Source: Candidatus Limnocylindrales bacterium
Lineage (GTDB): Bacteria; Chloroflexota; Limnocylindria; Limnocylindrales; CSP1-4
DNA: 64,000 nt
Reading direction: 5' to 3'
Assembly: GCA_038915815.1 (NCBI GenBank)
Contig: JBCLCL010000006.1
Location: 279 to 64,278 of the forward strand
The notes under the pieces were generated by a model, which saw nothing but the letters and a program-made list of their open reading frames with translations, ran no database searches and was not told where the DNA came from. The position numbers and the translations under genes were made by a program. Each line of letters opens with the position of its first letter. Position 1 is the stretch's first letter. Of the stretch, positions 54,232-62,546 are shown in pieces.

Positions 54232-55787
54232 CCGACAGCGCGGCGGCGACGCCCAACGTTGCCGTTCACCTCGAACGCTCCGCTGCTCGTCGCGGGAGCG
54301 CGGCGGGCATCGTTTCGACCGACGGACGTGTCCTTTGGACGTTCGAAGATCTCGCTGAAGCCGCCGCGCGCCTCGCCGGCGGGCTGGTCGAGCTTGGGCT
54401 TGGGGACGGCGACCGGGTCCTCGTCCTCGAACCGGACCCTCGCGAACTCTTCCGAGTCGTCGCCGGCGTCATCTGGGCCGGAGCGTCCGTGGTTCTCCCT
54501 CCCGGGTCATTGCCCTTGCCTCGCGCTCTCGAGGCGGCCGCGGCATCCAGACCGCAAGCTGTGGCCGCGAGCCTCCTGCTGTGGCCGGCGGCTCTCGCAT
54601 ACAACGAGCTGAGGAAGGCCCCTATCCGCGTTGCGAGCGGGAGCTGGCGGTTTCTCAACGCGGCGAGTGTGCAGGCCCTGAGTCGCCATCAACCGATCGC
54701 GCCACAAACCGTTTCGGCGCAGAGTCCCGCGCTGTTGTCCTTCACGACCGGCAGCACCGGACCCGCGAAGGCCGTGATGCGCACCCACGCAGTGCTGCAG
54801 GCACAACATCACGCACTCAGGAGCCTGCGTGGGCTCGGCGACACCGACCGTGACTTCGCGGGATTGCCCCTGCTCGTCCTTCACAACCTGGGGTCGGGTG
54901 TGACGAGCGTTCTTGCGCCGAGGGGCCCCGGTTCACGGCAGTACGGTCGGAAGGTTCGCGAGACGCTTGCCCGCTCGCGTGCCACGTCCGCGGCGGGCTT
55001 CCCGCATCTGTTCGAGTCGGTTGTCAACGGGGCAGGCGACGGCGACCTCGATGGCCTTCGCTCGATCTACATCGGCGGCAGTCACACTCGCCCCGAGCTG
55101 TTGGCGGCTCTGAAAGCCGTCGCCCCGAACGCCGCGATCACGGTGGTATACGGCAGCACCGAGATCGAGCCGATCGCCGCCATCGACGCTGAGGAGTACC
55201 TCGACCTGTTGGCACGAAGCGATCCAGCGGATGGAACGTGCGTCGGCATGGTGCTCGATGGCCTCGACCTGCGGGTCCAGCCACACCCCGAACGGCCCGG
55301 AACGTCGCCAGCGCGCCGCGCAGGTGGGAGGATCCTGCTGCGTGGTCCCCGGGCATCACGACGATCGGGAGCCGGCGAATGGGTGGATACCGGCGACGCC
55401 GGTCGCGTCGATCGCGATGGGCGACTGTGGCTGCTGGGACGCGCCGACAACGCCGTCGGCAACCTCTACCCAGTCGAGGTCGAGCGCGTCGTCGAGGCTC
55501 TGCCATGGGTCAGCCGCGCGGCCCTCGTGCGCGTCGGGTCCAGTCCTCGAACCAAGGCGCTTCTCGCTGTGCAGCCGCTCCAGTGGGGCAGTGCCGGCGC
55601 ACGTGCCGAGCAGCTTCAGCGGCTCAAGCGCATCGCGCGGGAACGAGATTGGTCGCTTGACGACGTCGTCCTGCTCAGACGGTTGCCGGTGACACGTGGT
55701 GCCGCGGCGAAGGTCGACGATGGCCGTCTCAGGAAGCTCGCCGCGACGGCGGGGCTGCCGCGATCCGCGAACCCGACTCAGGATTGA
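54228..55787 (+). CDS. AMP-dependent synthetase/ligase (adenylate-forming enzyme)
   Basis: Has an AMP-binding core (LLSFTTGSTGPAKAVMRTH, VYGSTEIEP, WVDTGDAGRVDRDGRLWLLGR). GTGA overlap with the upstream gene. Confidence 0.8.
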   Translation: MTDSAAATPNVAVHLERSAARRGSAAGIVSTDGRVLWTFEDLAEAAARLAGGLVELGLGDGDRVLVLEPDPRELFRVVAGVIWAGASVVLPPGSLPLPRALEAAAASRPQAVAASLLLWPAALAYNELRKAPIRVASGSWRFLNAASVQALSRHQPIAPQTVSAQSPALLSFTTGSTGPAKAVMRTHAVLQAQHHALRSLRGLGDTDRDFAGLPLLVLHNLGSGVTSVLAPRGPGSRQYGRKVRETLARSRATSAAGFPHLFESVVNGAGDGDLDGLRSIYIGGSHTRPELLAALKAVAPNAAITVVYGSTEIEPIAAIDAEEYLDLLARSDPADGTCVGMVLDGLDLRVQPHPERPGTSPARRAGGRILLRGPRASRRSGAGEWVDTGDAGRVDRDGRLWLLGRADNAVGNLYPVEVERVVEALPWVSRAALVRVGSSPRTKALLAVQPLQWGSAGARAEQLQRLKRIARERDWSLDDVVLLRRLPVTRGAAAKVDDGRLRKLAATAGLPRSANPTQD

Positions 55788-55943
55788 TGGAACTCCCTCC
55801 ACTCCGAGAGGGCGCGGCCTGGTCGACGCCTCCGCTAACCTCCAGACGTCCGTCGTCGGCACGCCCGCTGTCACCCCGCCTCCTCCGACCCCATAGACTG
55901 GCGACCTGACCGCCGACCCCCGCCAAAGCGGAGATCGCCCGAC

Positions 55944-56642
55944 ATGCCGCCCGTTGATCTCGTCCTGCAGCTCGACATCTCGGTCCGGCTGCTCATCGCG
56001 TCCCTGCTCGGGGCGGCGATCGGGCTGGAGCGCGAGATCCACGCTCACCCGGCCGGGATGCGGACGCACCTGCTCGTCTCGCTCGGGTCTGGCGCGTTCA
56101 CCGTCCTGTCGATCTTCTTCTTCGCGACGGCGACCGCTCCGAACGGCTCGCTCCCGACCGATCCATCACGGATCGCCGCCCAGATCGTCTCGGGCATCGG
56201 CTTCCTTGGCGCCGGGGCGATCCTCAAGTACGGCTCGTCAGTGCGCGGCCTGACGACTGCGGCCAGTCTGTGGGCGACGGCGGCGGTCGGCATGGCTGCC
56301 GGGGCGGGGGCGTGGGTCGTCGCCGCGGTGACGACCGTCCTGATCGTCCTTTCGCTCGGGCCGCTCAACCGGCTCATCGCCAGGTTCCGGATCCGCGAGC
56401 CACAACTGTTCCGGCTGCGGCTCCTGGCCGGCCGACTCGAAGCGCTCGGCGAGATCTCCCGGACACTCGCCAGCAACCGGATCGAGATGGCCGGTGTGAG
56501 CAGCCAGCGCCTCGGCAAGGGCCGCTACGAGATCGAGCTCGACCTCCGCCCGCCGGCCGGCACCAAGCCCGAGACGATCATCGCGGCGGTCTCGTCGGTG
56601 GCCGACGTCGAGATCCTCGAGGCCGGCGCCCCGACCGAGTGA
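55944..56642 (+). CDS. mgtC: MgtC/SapB family membrane protein
   Basis: The sequence RLLIASLLGAAIGLEREIHAHPAGMRTHLLVSLGSGAF is the family's N-terminal signature. Has a C-terminal ACT-like domain. Confidence 0.85.
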   Translation: MPPVDLVLQLDISVRLLIASLLGAAIGLEREIHAHPAGMRTHLLVSLGSGAFTVLSIFFFATATAPNGSLPTDPSRIAAQIVSGIGFLGAGAILKYGSSVRGLTTAASLWATAAVGMAAGAGAWVVAAVTTVLIVLSLGPLNRLIARFRIREPQLFRLRLLAGRLEALGEISRTLASNRIEMAGVSSQRLGKGRYEIELDLRPPAGTKPETIIAAVSSVADVEILEAGAPTE

Positions 56643-56667
56643 CCTCGGGTTGGCCGAAGGCCGGCCG

Positions 56668-58089
56668 TCAGACCGCCTTGACTGCCGCCACGAGCGCCGC
56701 GAGACCCTCCTTCGCGTCGGCGAAGAGCATCCCGGTCTTGGGATTCGAGTAGAGCTCGTTGTCGATTCCGGCGTAGCCGCGGCCCATCGAGCGCTTGATC
56801 ACGACGATGGACTTCGCGTGGTCGACGTCGAGGATCGGCATCCCGGAGACCGGCGAACCGGGCCGGCGAGCGGCTGGATTGGTGACGTCATTGGCGCCGA
56901 CGACGAGGGCCACGTCGCAGCGGTCGAACTCCGGGTTGATCTCGTCCATCTCCTTGAGCTGCGGGTACGGCACGTTCGCCTCAGCGAGGAGGACATTCAT
57001 GTGCCCGGGCATCCGGCCGGCCACCGGGTGGATCGCGTACTTGACGTCCACGCCGCGCGACTCGAGCAGCTCGGCCAGCTCGCGGACCGCATGTTGGGCC
57101 TGGGCCACGGCCAGGCCGTAGCCGGGCACCACGATGACATGCTGGGCATAGGCCAGCTGGATCGCCACGTCGTCCGCGCCGATCGCCCGGACGGACCCGC
57201 CGGCTCCGGTGGTGGGGCCGATGGTCCCCTCGCCGCCACCGAATCCGCCGATCATGATGTTGAGCACCGAGCGGTTCATCGCGTCAGCCATCAGCTTGGT
57301 CAGGATCGCGCCAGACGCGCCGACGAGGGCGCCGGCGATGATCAGGACATCGTTCCCGAGCACGAAGCCGGCCATCGCCACGGCCGTCCCGGTGAACGAG
57401 TTGAGCAGCGAGATCACGACCGGCATGTCGGCACCGCCGATCGGCAGGACCATCGTCACGCCGAAGATCAGGGCCGCGGCAAGGATGATCAGCATGACCG
57501 GGACGCTCAGGTTGCCGGCCCACAGGTAGGCGGCCCCGAGCACGGTCACGATGGCCAGCGCCGCGGTGACGATCCGTCCGCCGGGGATCAGGATCGGCTT
57601 CCCGGCGATCAGCCCCTGGAGCTTGCCCGAGGCGATGAGCGAGCCCGTGAAGGTGATGCTGCCGATGACGATATCGAGCACGGTCGCCACGTTGATCTGG
57701 GGCGTCGGAGCGGCCGTCAGTCCCAGGTAGTCGTCGATCGCGATGAGCGCCGCGGCGCCGCCGCCGACCGCATTGAACAGCGAGACCAGCTGCGGCATCG
57801 CGGTCATCTTCACGGTCCTGGCGCTGTACAGGCCGACGCCACCGCCGATGACGATGCCGACGACGATGATCATCCAGCCCATGCTGTTGAAGCCGGCACC
57901 GCCCTCGGTCGGGCGGGCCAGCAGGAAGATCGCCGTCGCGACGATGGCGATGACCATGCCGGCGGCCGACAGCAGGTTGCCGTTGCGGGCCGTGGCCGGC
58001 GAGTTCATGCGCATCAACCCGAGGACGAAGGCCGAGGCACCGGCCAGCCAGGCGAGTCGGACGAGGATGGAGAGCGTGTCGAAATCCAT
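56668..58089 (-). CDS. pntB: NAD(P) transhydrogenase subunit beta
   Basis: 473 aa with multiple TM segments. The C-terminal dIII domain has VIVVPGYGLAVAQAQH, GRMPGHMNVLLAEA and VVGANDVTNPAA. Confidence 0.95.
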   Translation of the reverse strand: MDFDTLSILVRLAWLAGASAFVLGLMRMNSPATARNGNLLSAAGMVIAIVATAIFLLARPTEGGAGFNSMGWMIIVVGIVIGGGVGLYSARTVKMTAMPQLVSLFNAVGGGAAALIAIDDYLGLTAAPTPQINVATVLDIVIGSITFTGSLIASGKLQGLIAGKPILIPGGRIVTAALAIVTVLGAAYLWAGNLSVPVMLIILAAALIFGVTMVLPIGGADMPVVISLLNSFTGTAVAMAGFVLGNDVLIIAGALVGASGAILTKLMADAMNRSVLNIMIGGFGGGEGTIGPTTGAGGSVRAIGADDVAIQLAYAQHVIVVPGYGLAVAQAQHAVRELAELLESRGVDVKYAIHPVAGRMPGHMNVLLAEANVPYPQLKEMDEINPEFDRCDVALVVGANDVTNPAARRPGSPVSGMPILDVDHAKSIVVIKRSMGRGYAGIDNELYSNPKTGMLFADAKEGLAALVAAVKAV

Positions 58090-58092
58090 GGC

Positions 58093-58410
58093 TCAGCCCT
58101 CCGCCTGCTCGGCCGGCTTCGGCGCCACGGGCCTGCGCTTGAACATCTGGAGCATCCGGTCGGTGACGACGTAGCCGCCCACGACGTTCATCGTCGCGAA
58201 GGCGACCGCGATGAGCGACAGGATCTGGCTGACCGGGTCGGTGGCCTCGACCGCGATGAACATCGAGCCGACGAGGACGATGCCGTGGATCGAGTTCGCC
58301 CCGGACATCAGTGGCGTGTGGAGGGTCGCCGGGACCTTGCTGATGACGGCGAAGCCGACCAGGATCGCCAGGACGAAGACCGTTACGGCGGAGAGCAGTT
58401 CGGGGCTCAC
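58093..58410 (-). CDS. pntAB: NAD(P) transhydrogenase subunit alpha part 2 (membrane)
   Basis: 105 aa with 3 TM segments. Contains VFVLAILVGFAVISKVPATLHTPLMSGANSIHGIV. Confidence 0.9.
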   Translation of the reverse strand: MSPELLSAVTVFVLAILVGFAVISKVPATLHTPLMSGANSIHGIVLVGSMFIAVEATDPVSQILSLIAVAFATMNVVGGYVVTDRMLQMFKRRPVAPKPAEQAEG

Positions 58411-59573
58411 GCGGGACCTCCGGCCTCGGCCGCCGGGGCCGGTTCAAGCAGCTTCCTGACCGGCTCGGACACGACAACGCCGCCGTGCGTGATCACGGTC
58501 GACCTGGTGACCTCGTCCTCGAAATCGAGATGGAGCGCGCCGTCCTTGACCATCCCGAGGAGCAGCGTCGAGATGTTGCGAGCGTAGAACGCTGAGGCGC
58601 CGGCCGGCATCGAGGCCGGCAGGTTGTCCGGGGCGATGATCGTCACGCCGTTGGGCGATTCGATCGTCTCGCCGGCCCGACTCAGCTCGCAGTTGCCACC
58701 GAGCGCAGACGCCGCCATGTCCACGATCACCGAGCCCGACTTCATCCGGGCGACGGCGTCGGCGGTCACCAGTAGCGGCGGCTTGCGCCCGGGCACCTGG
58801 GCCGTGGTGATGACCACGTCCATGCCGCCAATCACCTCGTTGAGCTCGGCCTGCTGGGCGGCCCGCTCCTCGGCCGTCAGCTCGCGGGCGTAGCCGCCGG
58901 CGCCGGTCGCGTCGATCGTCGTCCTGAGCTTGACGAACTGGGCGCCGAGCGATTCCGCCTGCTCGCGCGTCTCGGGCCGGACATCGTAGGCCTTGACCAC
59001 CGCCCCGAGGCGCCGGGCCGTGCCGATCGCCTGGAGCCCGGCCACGCCGATCCCCAGGATCAGCACGTTCGCCGGCTTGGCCGTGCCGGCCGCCGTCGTC
59101 AGCAGCGGGAAGTAGCGGCCGTAGGCATTGGCCGCCAGGAGGACGGCCTTGTAGCCGCCGACGTTGGCCTGGGAGCTGAGGGCGTCCATCGTCTGCGCGC
59201 GCGACAGGGTCCGCGGGATGGCGTCGAGGCTGATCGCGGTCACGCCATGCGTCGCCAGCGCCTGTGCGGTGGCCGGGTCGATCAATGGGGCCAGGAAGCC
59301 CACGAGGGCCTGGCCGGAGCGCATCACGCTGATCTCCGCCTCGGACGGCTTGGCGACGCGGAGGATGACATCCGACTGGCCGAACAGCTCGACAGCCGAG
59401 ACGATCGTCGCGCCGGCCTCGGCGTAAGCCGCGTCCGGGATCGCCGAGCCGGCACCCGCGCCGGCCTCCACGAGCACGTCCAGCCCGGCCGCCTGCAGCT
59501 TGCCGAGCACCTCGGGGACCAGGGCGACACGCCGCTCACCGGGCGCAGTCTCCTTGGCGACACCGACCTTCAT
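58407..59573 (-). CDS. pntAA: NAD(P) transhydrogenase subunit alpha part 1 (dI, Ala-dehydrogenase-like)
   Basis: ATG 59573 gives MKVGVAKETAPGERRVALVPE. Has the Rossmann motif VLILGIGVAGLQAIGTARRLGA. The ORF-track N-terminal 70 aa look spurious. Confidence 0.9.
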   Translation of the reverse strand: MKVGVAKETAPGERRVALVPEVLGKLQAAGLDVLVEAGAGAGSAIPDAAYAEAGATIVSAVELFGQSDVILRVAKPSEAEISVMRSGQALVGFLAPLIDPATAQALATHGVTAISLDAIPRTLSRAQTMDALSSQANVGGYKAVLLAANAYGRYFPLLTTAAGTAKPANVLILGIGVAGLQAIGTARRLGAVVKAYDVRPETREQAESLGAQFVKLRTTIDATGAGGYARELTAEERAAQQAELNEVIGGMDVVITTAQVPGRKPPLLVTADAVARMKSGSVIVDMAASALGGNCELSRAGETIESPNGVTIIAPDNLPASMPAGASAFYARNISTLLLGMVKDGALHLDFEDEVTRSTVITHGGVVVSEPVRKLLEPAPAAEAGGPA

Positions 59574-59910
59574 GGGCACCACCTGACTCGAACGATCATG
59601 CAGCCGCGAACAGGGAGGTTCGCGGGGACACCTGGGGTCGCCGGACAGGATAGCGCCTGTGGGGCGCACCTTGCGCCCCGGCAGAGGTTGCGGTTCGGGC
59701 GCGACCAGCGGATCCGGCGCGGCAGGCGCATCCGGCGCGGCCTTCAGCATGATCCTGGAGCGCATCATCGCGGAGCTATCCACGCTCAGCGGTCGTTGGA
59801 TTCCGACAGAAGTCGACCGGCACCAAGCATGAATGGCCGGACATTGATGCTGGCCGGGATCACCGACCCCCGGATCACGACCACCCGGCCTACCGCCGGC
59901 ACCGGGCCGA

Positions 59911-60195
59911 TCAGCGGCCGGGGTGGAGGCTGATGATCAGCATCGCACCCTCTTCGTCCCCGAGCACTTCGGCGTCGTGCGGGATGGTCCCGTCCCAGCG
60001 GACGTAGTCCCCTGGTCCGACCTCGATGACATGGTCGCCCTGCGTCATCCGGAAGCGGCCCCGCAGGACGACATGGTGCTTGGCAGTCCGGCTGGAAGCT
60101 GGTGGGTGCTCCCGCCTCCGTCCCGACGGCTGTCTGACCCGGGTTGCATCGATGACGGAAACTGTTCCCATGCCGATCCCGGTCGCTCGCCTCAA
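59911..60195 (-). CDS. Cupin-domain protein
   Basis: The sequence HHVVLRGRFRMTQGDHVIEVGPGDYVRWDGTIPHDAEVLGDEEGAMLII shows the cupin motif pattern G-x5-H...G-D...P-x3-H. The start is uncertain. Confidence 0.6.
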   Translation of the reverse strand: MRRATGIGMGTVSVIDATRVRQPSGRRREHPPASSRTAKHHVVLRGRFRMTQGDHVIEVGPGDYVRWDGTIPHDAEVLGDEEGAMLIISLHPGR

Positions 60196-60661
60196 CCACG
60201 CCGTCCTGTTCGTCCGCGACGCGGGTCTGGCCGCGGAGTTCTACGGTCGGGTCTTCGGGTTCGAGGTGGTCGGCCGCGAGTTCGGTGCAAAAGCCGTCTT
60301 CATGCGGGCGCACGGCGGCGACAACCACCATGACCTCGGGTTGTTCTCCGTGGGCCCCGACGCCCAGCGTCCCGGTCGCGGTTCGGTCGGGCTCTACCAC
60401 CTGGCCTGGGAGGTCCCCACGATGGACGATCTGGCCGATGCCGCGAAGATCCTGTCGGAAGCGGGTGCGCTTGGCGGCGCCTCGGACCACGGCGTCTCCA
60501 AGTCACTCTACGGCGCCGATCCCGACGGCAACGAATTCGAGATCATGTGGCGCGTCCCGCGCGAGGCGTGGGGCGAGTACGAGCAGCACGGTGCCGTCAT
60601 GCCGCTGGACATCGAGGCGGAAGTGGCGCGTTGGGGCGCCGGAGCTTCCACCGACTCCTGA
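60152..60661 (+). CDS. VOC family enzyme (glyoxalase / extradiol-dioxygenase-like)
   Basis: Contains ARLNHAVLFVRDAGLAAEFYGRVFGFEV...GDNHHDLGLF...LYHLAWEV...SKSLYGADPDGNEFEI. The start is ATG 60152 or 60170. Confidence 0.8.
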   Translation: MTETVPMPIPVARLNHAVLFVRDAGLAAEFYGRVFGFEVVGREFGAKAVFMRAHGGDNHHDLGLFSVGPDAQRPGRGSVGLYHLAWEVPTMDDLADAAKILSEAGALGGASDHGVSKSLYGADPDGNEFEIMWRVPREAWGEYEQHGAVMPLDIEAEVARWGAGASTDS

Positions 60662-60781
60662 ACATGTCCCGGCAGCCGCCGGGAGCGCCACCCGCAGTGC
60701 CAAGGCCGAAGCATCACCGGCCGCCTCCCTGTCGCGGCATACTGGCCACGACGCTGACGAGCCCCGGCCGGAGGAGAGAAC

Positions 60782-61354
60782 GTGGCGATCCTGATTCGCA
60801 AATGGGTGACTTTCTGCGAGGAGATCCTGTCCGACGGCGGTCGCGACCTGAAGCGGCCGCTTCGCCGGGTCGCCGTCGGAGTCGTCTGCTCGAACCCGTA
60901 CGCCGGGCGCTGGTCGGAAGATCTCTCAGAGCTGATCGACTTCGGGGAGTACCTGGGTGACGAGCTGATGCGGCGCTGCCAGGAAGCGCTTGGCGATCCG
61001 GTCGAGGCCTACGGCAAGGGCGGCATCGTGGGCGAGCACGGCGAGCTGGAGCACGTGGCGGCCGTCCTGCACCCCAAGTTCGGGGCACCCACCCGTGGCC
61101 GGGTCGGCGGCGTCTCGATCCTCCCGTCGGTCAAGAAGCGGGCGGCGATGGGGGCGACCCTGGACATCCCGGTCCACCACATCAAGGCGATACTGGTCCG
61201 CTCGCACTTCGATGCCGTCGAGCTGCGCGTCCCGGACGCGCCCGGTGCCGATGAGCTGCTGCTCGCGCTGGCGGTCACCGACGGCGGACGGCCGCACGCC
61301 CGGGTCGGTGGCCTCCTGGCAGTGGACGCCGTCGGCGAAGACGGCCTGCGCTGA
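60782..61354 (+). CDS. Amino-acid-synthesis family protein (PF06684-like, DUF1185)
   Basis: 190 aa. The sequence IRKWVTFCEEILSDGGR...RVAVGVVCSNPYAGRW...YGKGGIVGEHGELEHVAAVLHP...ILPSVKKRAAMG matches the family's conserved blocks as I recall them. Confidence 0.65.
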   Translation: MAILIRKWVTFCEEILSDGGRDLKRPLRRVAVGVVCSNPYAGRWSEDLSELIDFGEYLGDELMRRCQEALGDPVEAYGKGGIVGEHGELEHVAAVLHPKFGAPTRGRVGGVSILPSVKKRAAMGATLDIPVHHIKAILVRSHFDAVELRVPDAPGADELLLALAVTDGGRPHARVGGLLAVDAVGEDGLR

Positions 61355-61364
61355 GGCGTCGTCT

Positions 61365-62546
61365 GTGCGCACGCTGATCATCGGGATCGCCCAGCTCGTC
61401 TCGGGCGACATCGCGCGGCCGCTTCTGGATGCCGATTCGATCCTCATCGAGGAAGGACGCATCGTAGCGATCGGGCGCGGGCTGGGCGACGACACCGACG
61501 TCGTCATCGACGCCCACGGGACGACCGTCATCCCGGGCCTGATCGACTCGCATGCCCATCCGGTCTTCGGCGACTACACGCCCCGCCAGCGCACCTTCGA
61601 CTTCATCGAATCGTCGCTCCACGGCGGTGTCACCACGATGATCTCGGCCGGCGAGGTCCACCTGCCCGGTCGGCCGAAAGACATCGTGGGCCTGAAGGCC
61701 CTCGCCATCGCCGTCGCCCACAGCTACGCGAACGTCCGGCCCGGCGGCGTCAAGGTCCGGGCCGGCGCTCCGATCCTGGAGCTCGGGATGGTCGAGGCCG
61801 ATTTTGCCGAGATGGCCGCCGCCGGCGTGGGCCTCATCGGCGAGATCGGATTGGGCTCGGTCAAGACCGGCGCCGACGCGGCCCCGATGGTCGGCTGGGG
61901 GCGTGCCCACGGGATGATCTCGACGTTCCACACCGGTGGACCCTCCCTGCCGGGATCAGGTGCGATCGGCGCCGACGCCGTCCTGGAGGCGGGCCCCGAT
62001 ATCGCCGGTCATATCAACGGTGGGACCACCTCCCTCTCCGAGCGCGACATCGACCGGCTCGTCGAGTCCGAGTCCGGGATCGCCCTGGAACTCGTGCATT
62101 GCGGGAACGGCCGCACCGCGCTCGTGGCGCTCGCCCGAGCTGCCGAAGCGGGAGCGCTTCGCCGGGTCATCCTCGGCAACGACGCCCCGTCCGGGACCGG
62201 CGTGGTTCCGCTCGGCATCCTCCGGCTCATCACGCACCTGGCCTCACTGGGCGAGGTGGCCCCGGAGACGGTGCTCTGCCTTGCCACGGGCAATACCGCG
62301 CGGGTCCACGGTCTGGAGACCGGGATCCTCACGCCCGGGAGGGCGGCCGACCTGTGCATCGTGGACGCGCCGGTCGGCTCGGTCGCGGGGACGGCCCTGG
62401 CGGCGCTGGCGAATGGCGACCTGCCCGGGATCTCGATGGTCCTCATCGACGGCGTCGCCACCATCGGTCGAAGCCGCAACACCGCGCCGGCCGGACGGAT
62501 GGCCGAGGTGGTCAAGGGTCCGCCACCGGCCGGCGGCGGACACTGA
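61365..62546 (+). CDS. Metal-dependent amidohydrolase (enamidase/dihydroorotase-like)
   Basis: GTG 61365. Contains GRIVAIG...VIDAHGTTVIPGLIDSHAHPVFG (H-x-H metal motif). The later HTGGPS and GHINGG motifs are also present. Confidence 0.8.
   Translation: MRTLIIGIAQLVSGDIARPLLDADSILIEEGRIVAIGRGLGDDTDVVIDAHGTTVIPGLIDSHAHPVFGDYTPRQRTFDFIESSLHGGVTTMISAGEVHLPGRPKDIVGLKALAIAVAHSYANVRPGGVKVRAGAPILELGMVEADFAEMAAAGVGLIGEIGLGSVKTGADAAPMVGWGRAHGMISTFHTGGPSLPGSGAIGADAVLEAGPDIAGHINGGTTSLSERDIDRLVESESGIALELVHCGNGRTALVALARAAEAGALRRVILGNDAPSGTGVVPLGILRLITHLASLGEVAPETVLCLATGNTARVHGLETGILTPGRAADLCIVDAPVGSVAGTALAALANGDLPGISMVLIDGVATIGRSRNTAPAGRMAEVVKGPPPAGGGH

Noticed and set aside
55788-55943. Possible Mg2+ (M-box) riboswitch upstream of mgtC
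   Set aside because: I could not find the conserved M-box sequence blocks or a convincing multi-helix fold by eye. An Infernal scan is needed before any claim.
56642-56668. Short hairpin (TTGGCC-gaa-GGCCGG) between mgtC and pntB, considered as a bidirectional terminator
   Set aside because: The stem has only 4 Watson-Crick pairs plus wobble pairs, and there is no U tract. This is too weak to call.
56650-58587. 645-aa plus-strand ORF over the pnt operon
   Set aside because: It is antisense to pntB/pntAB, which carry unambiguous transhydrogenase signatures. Its Asp/Arg/Gly-rich sequence has no motifs.
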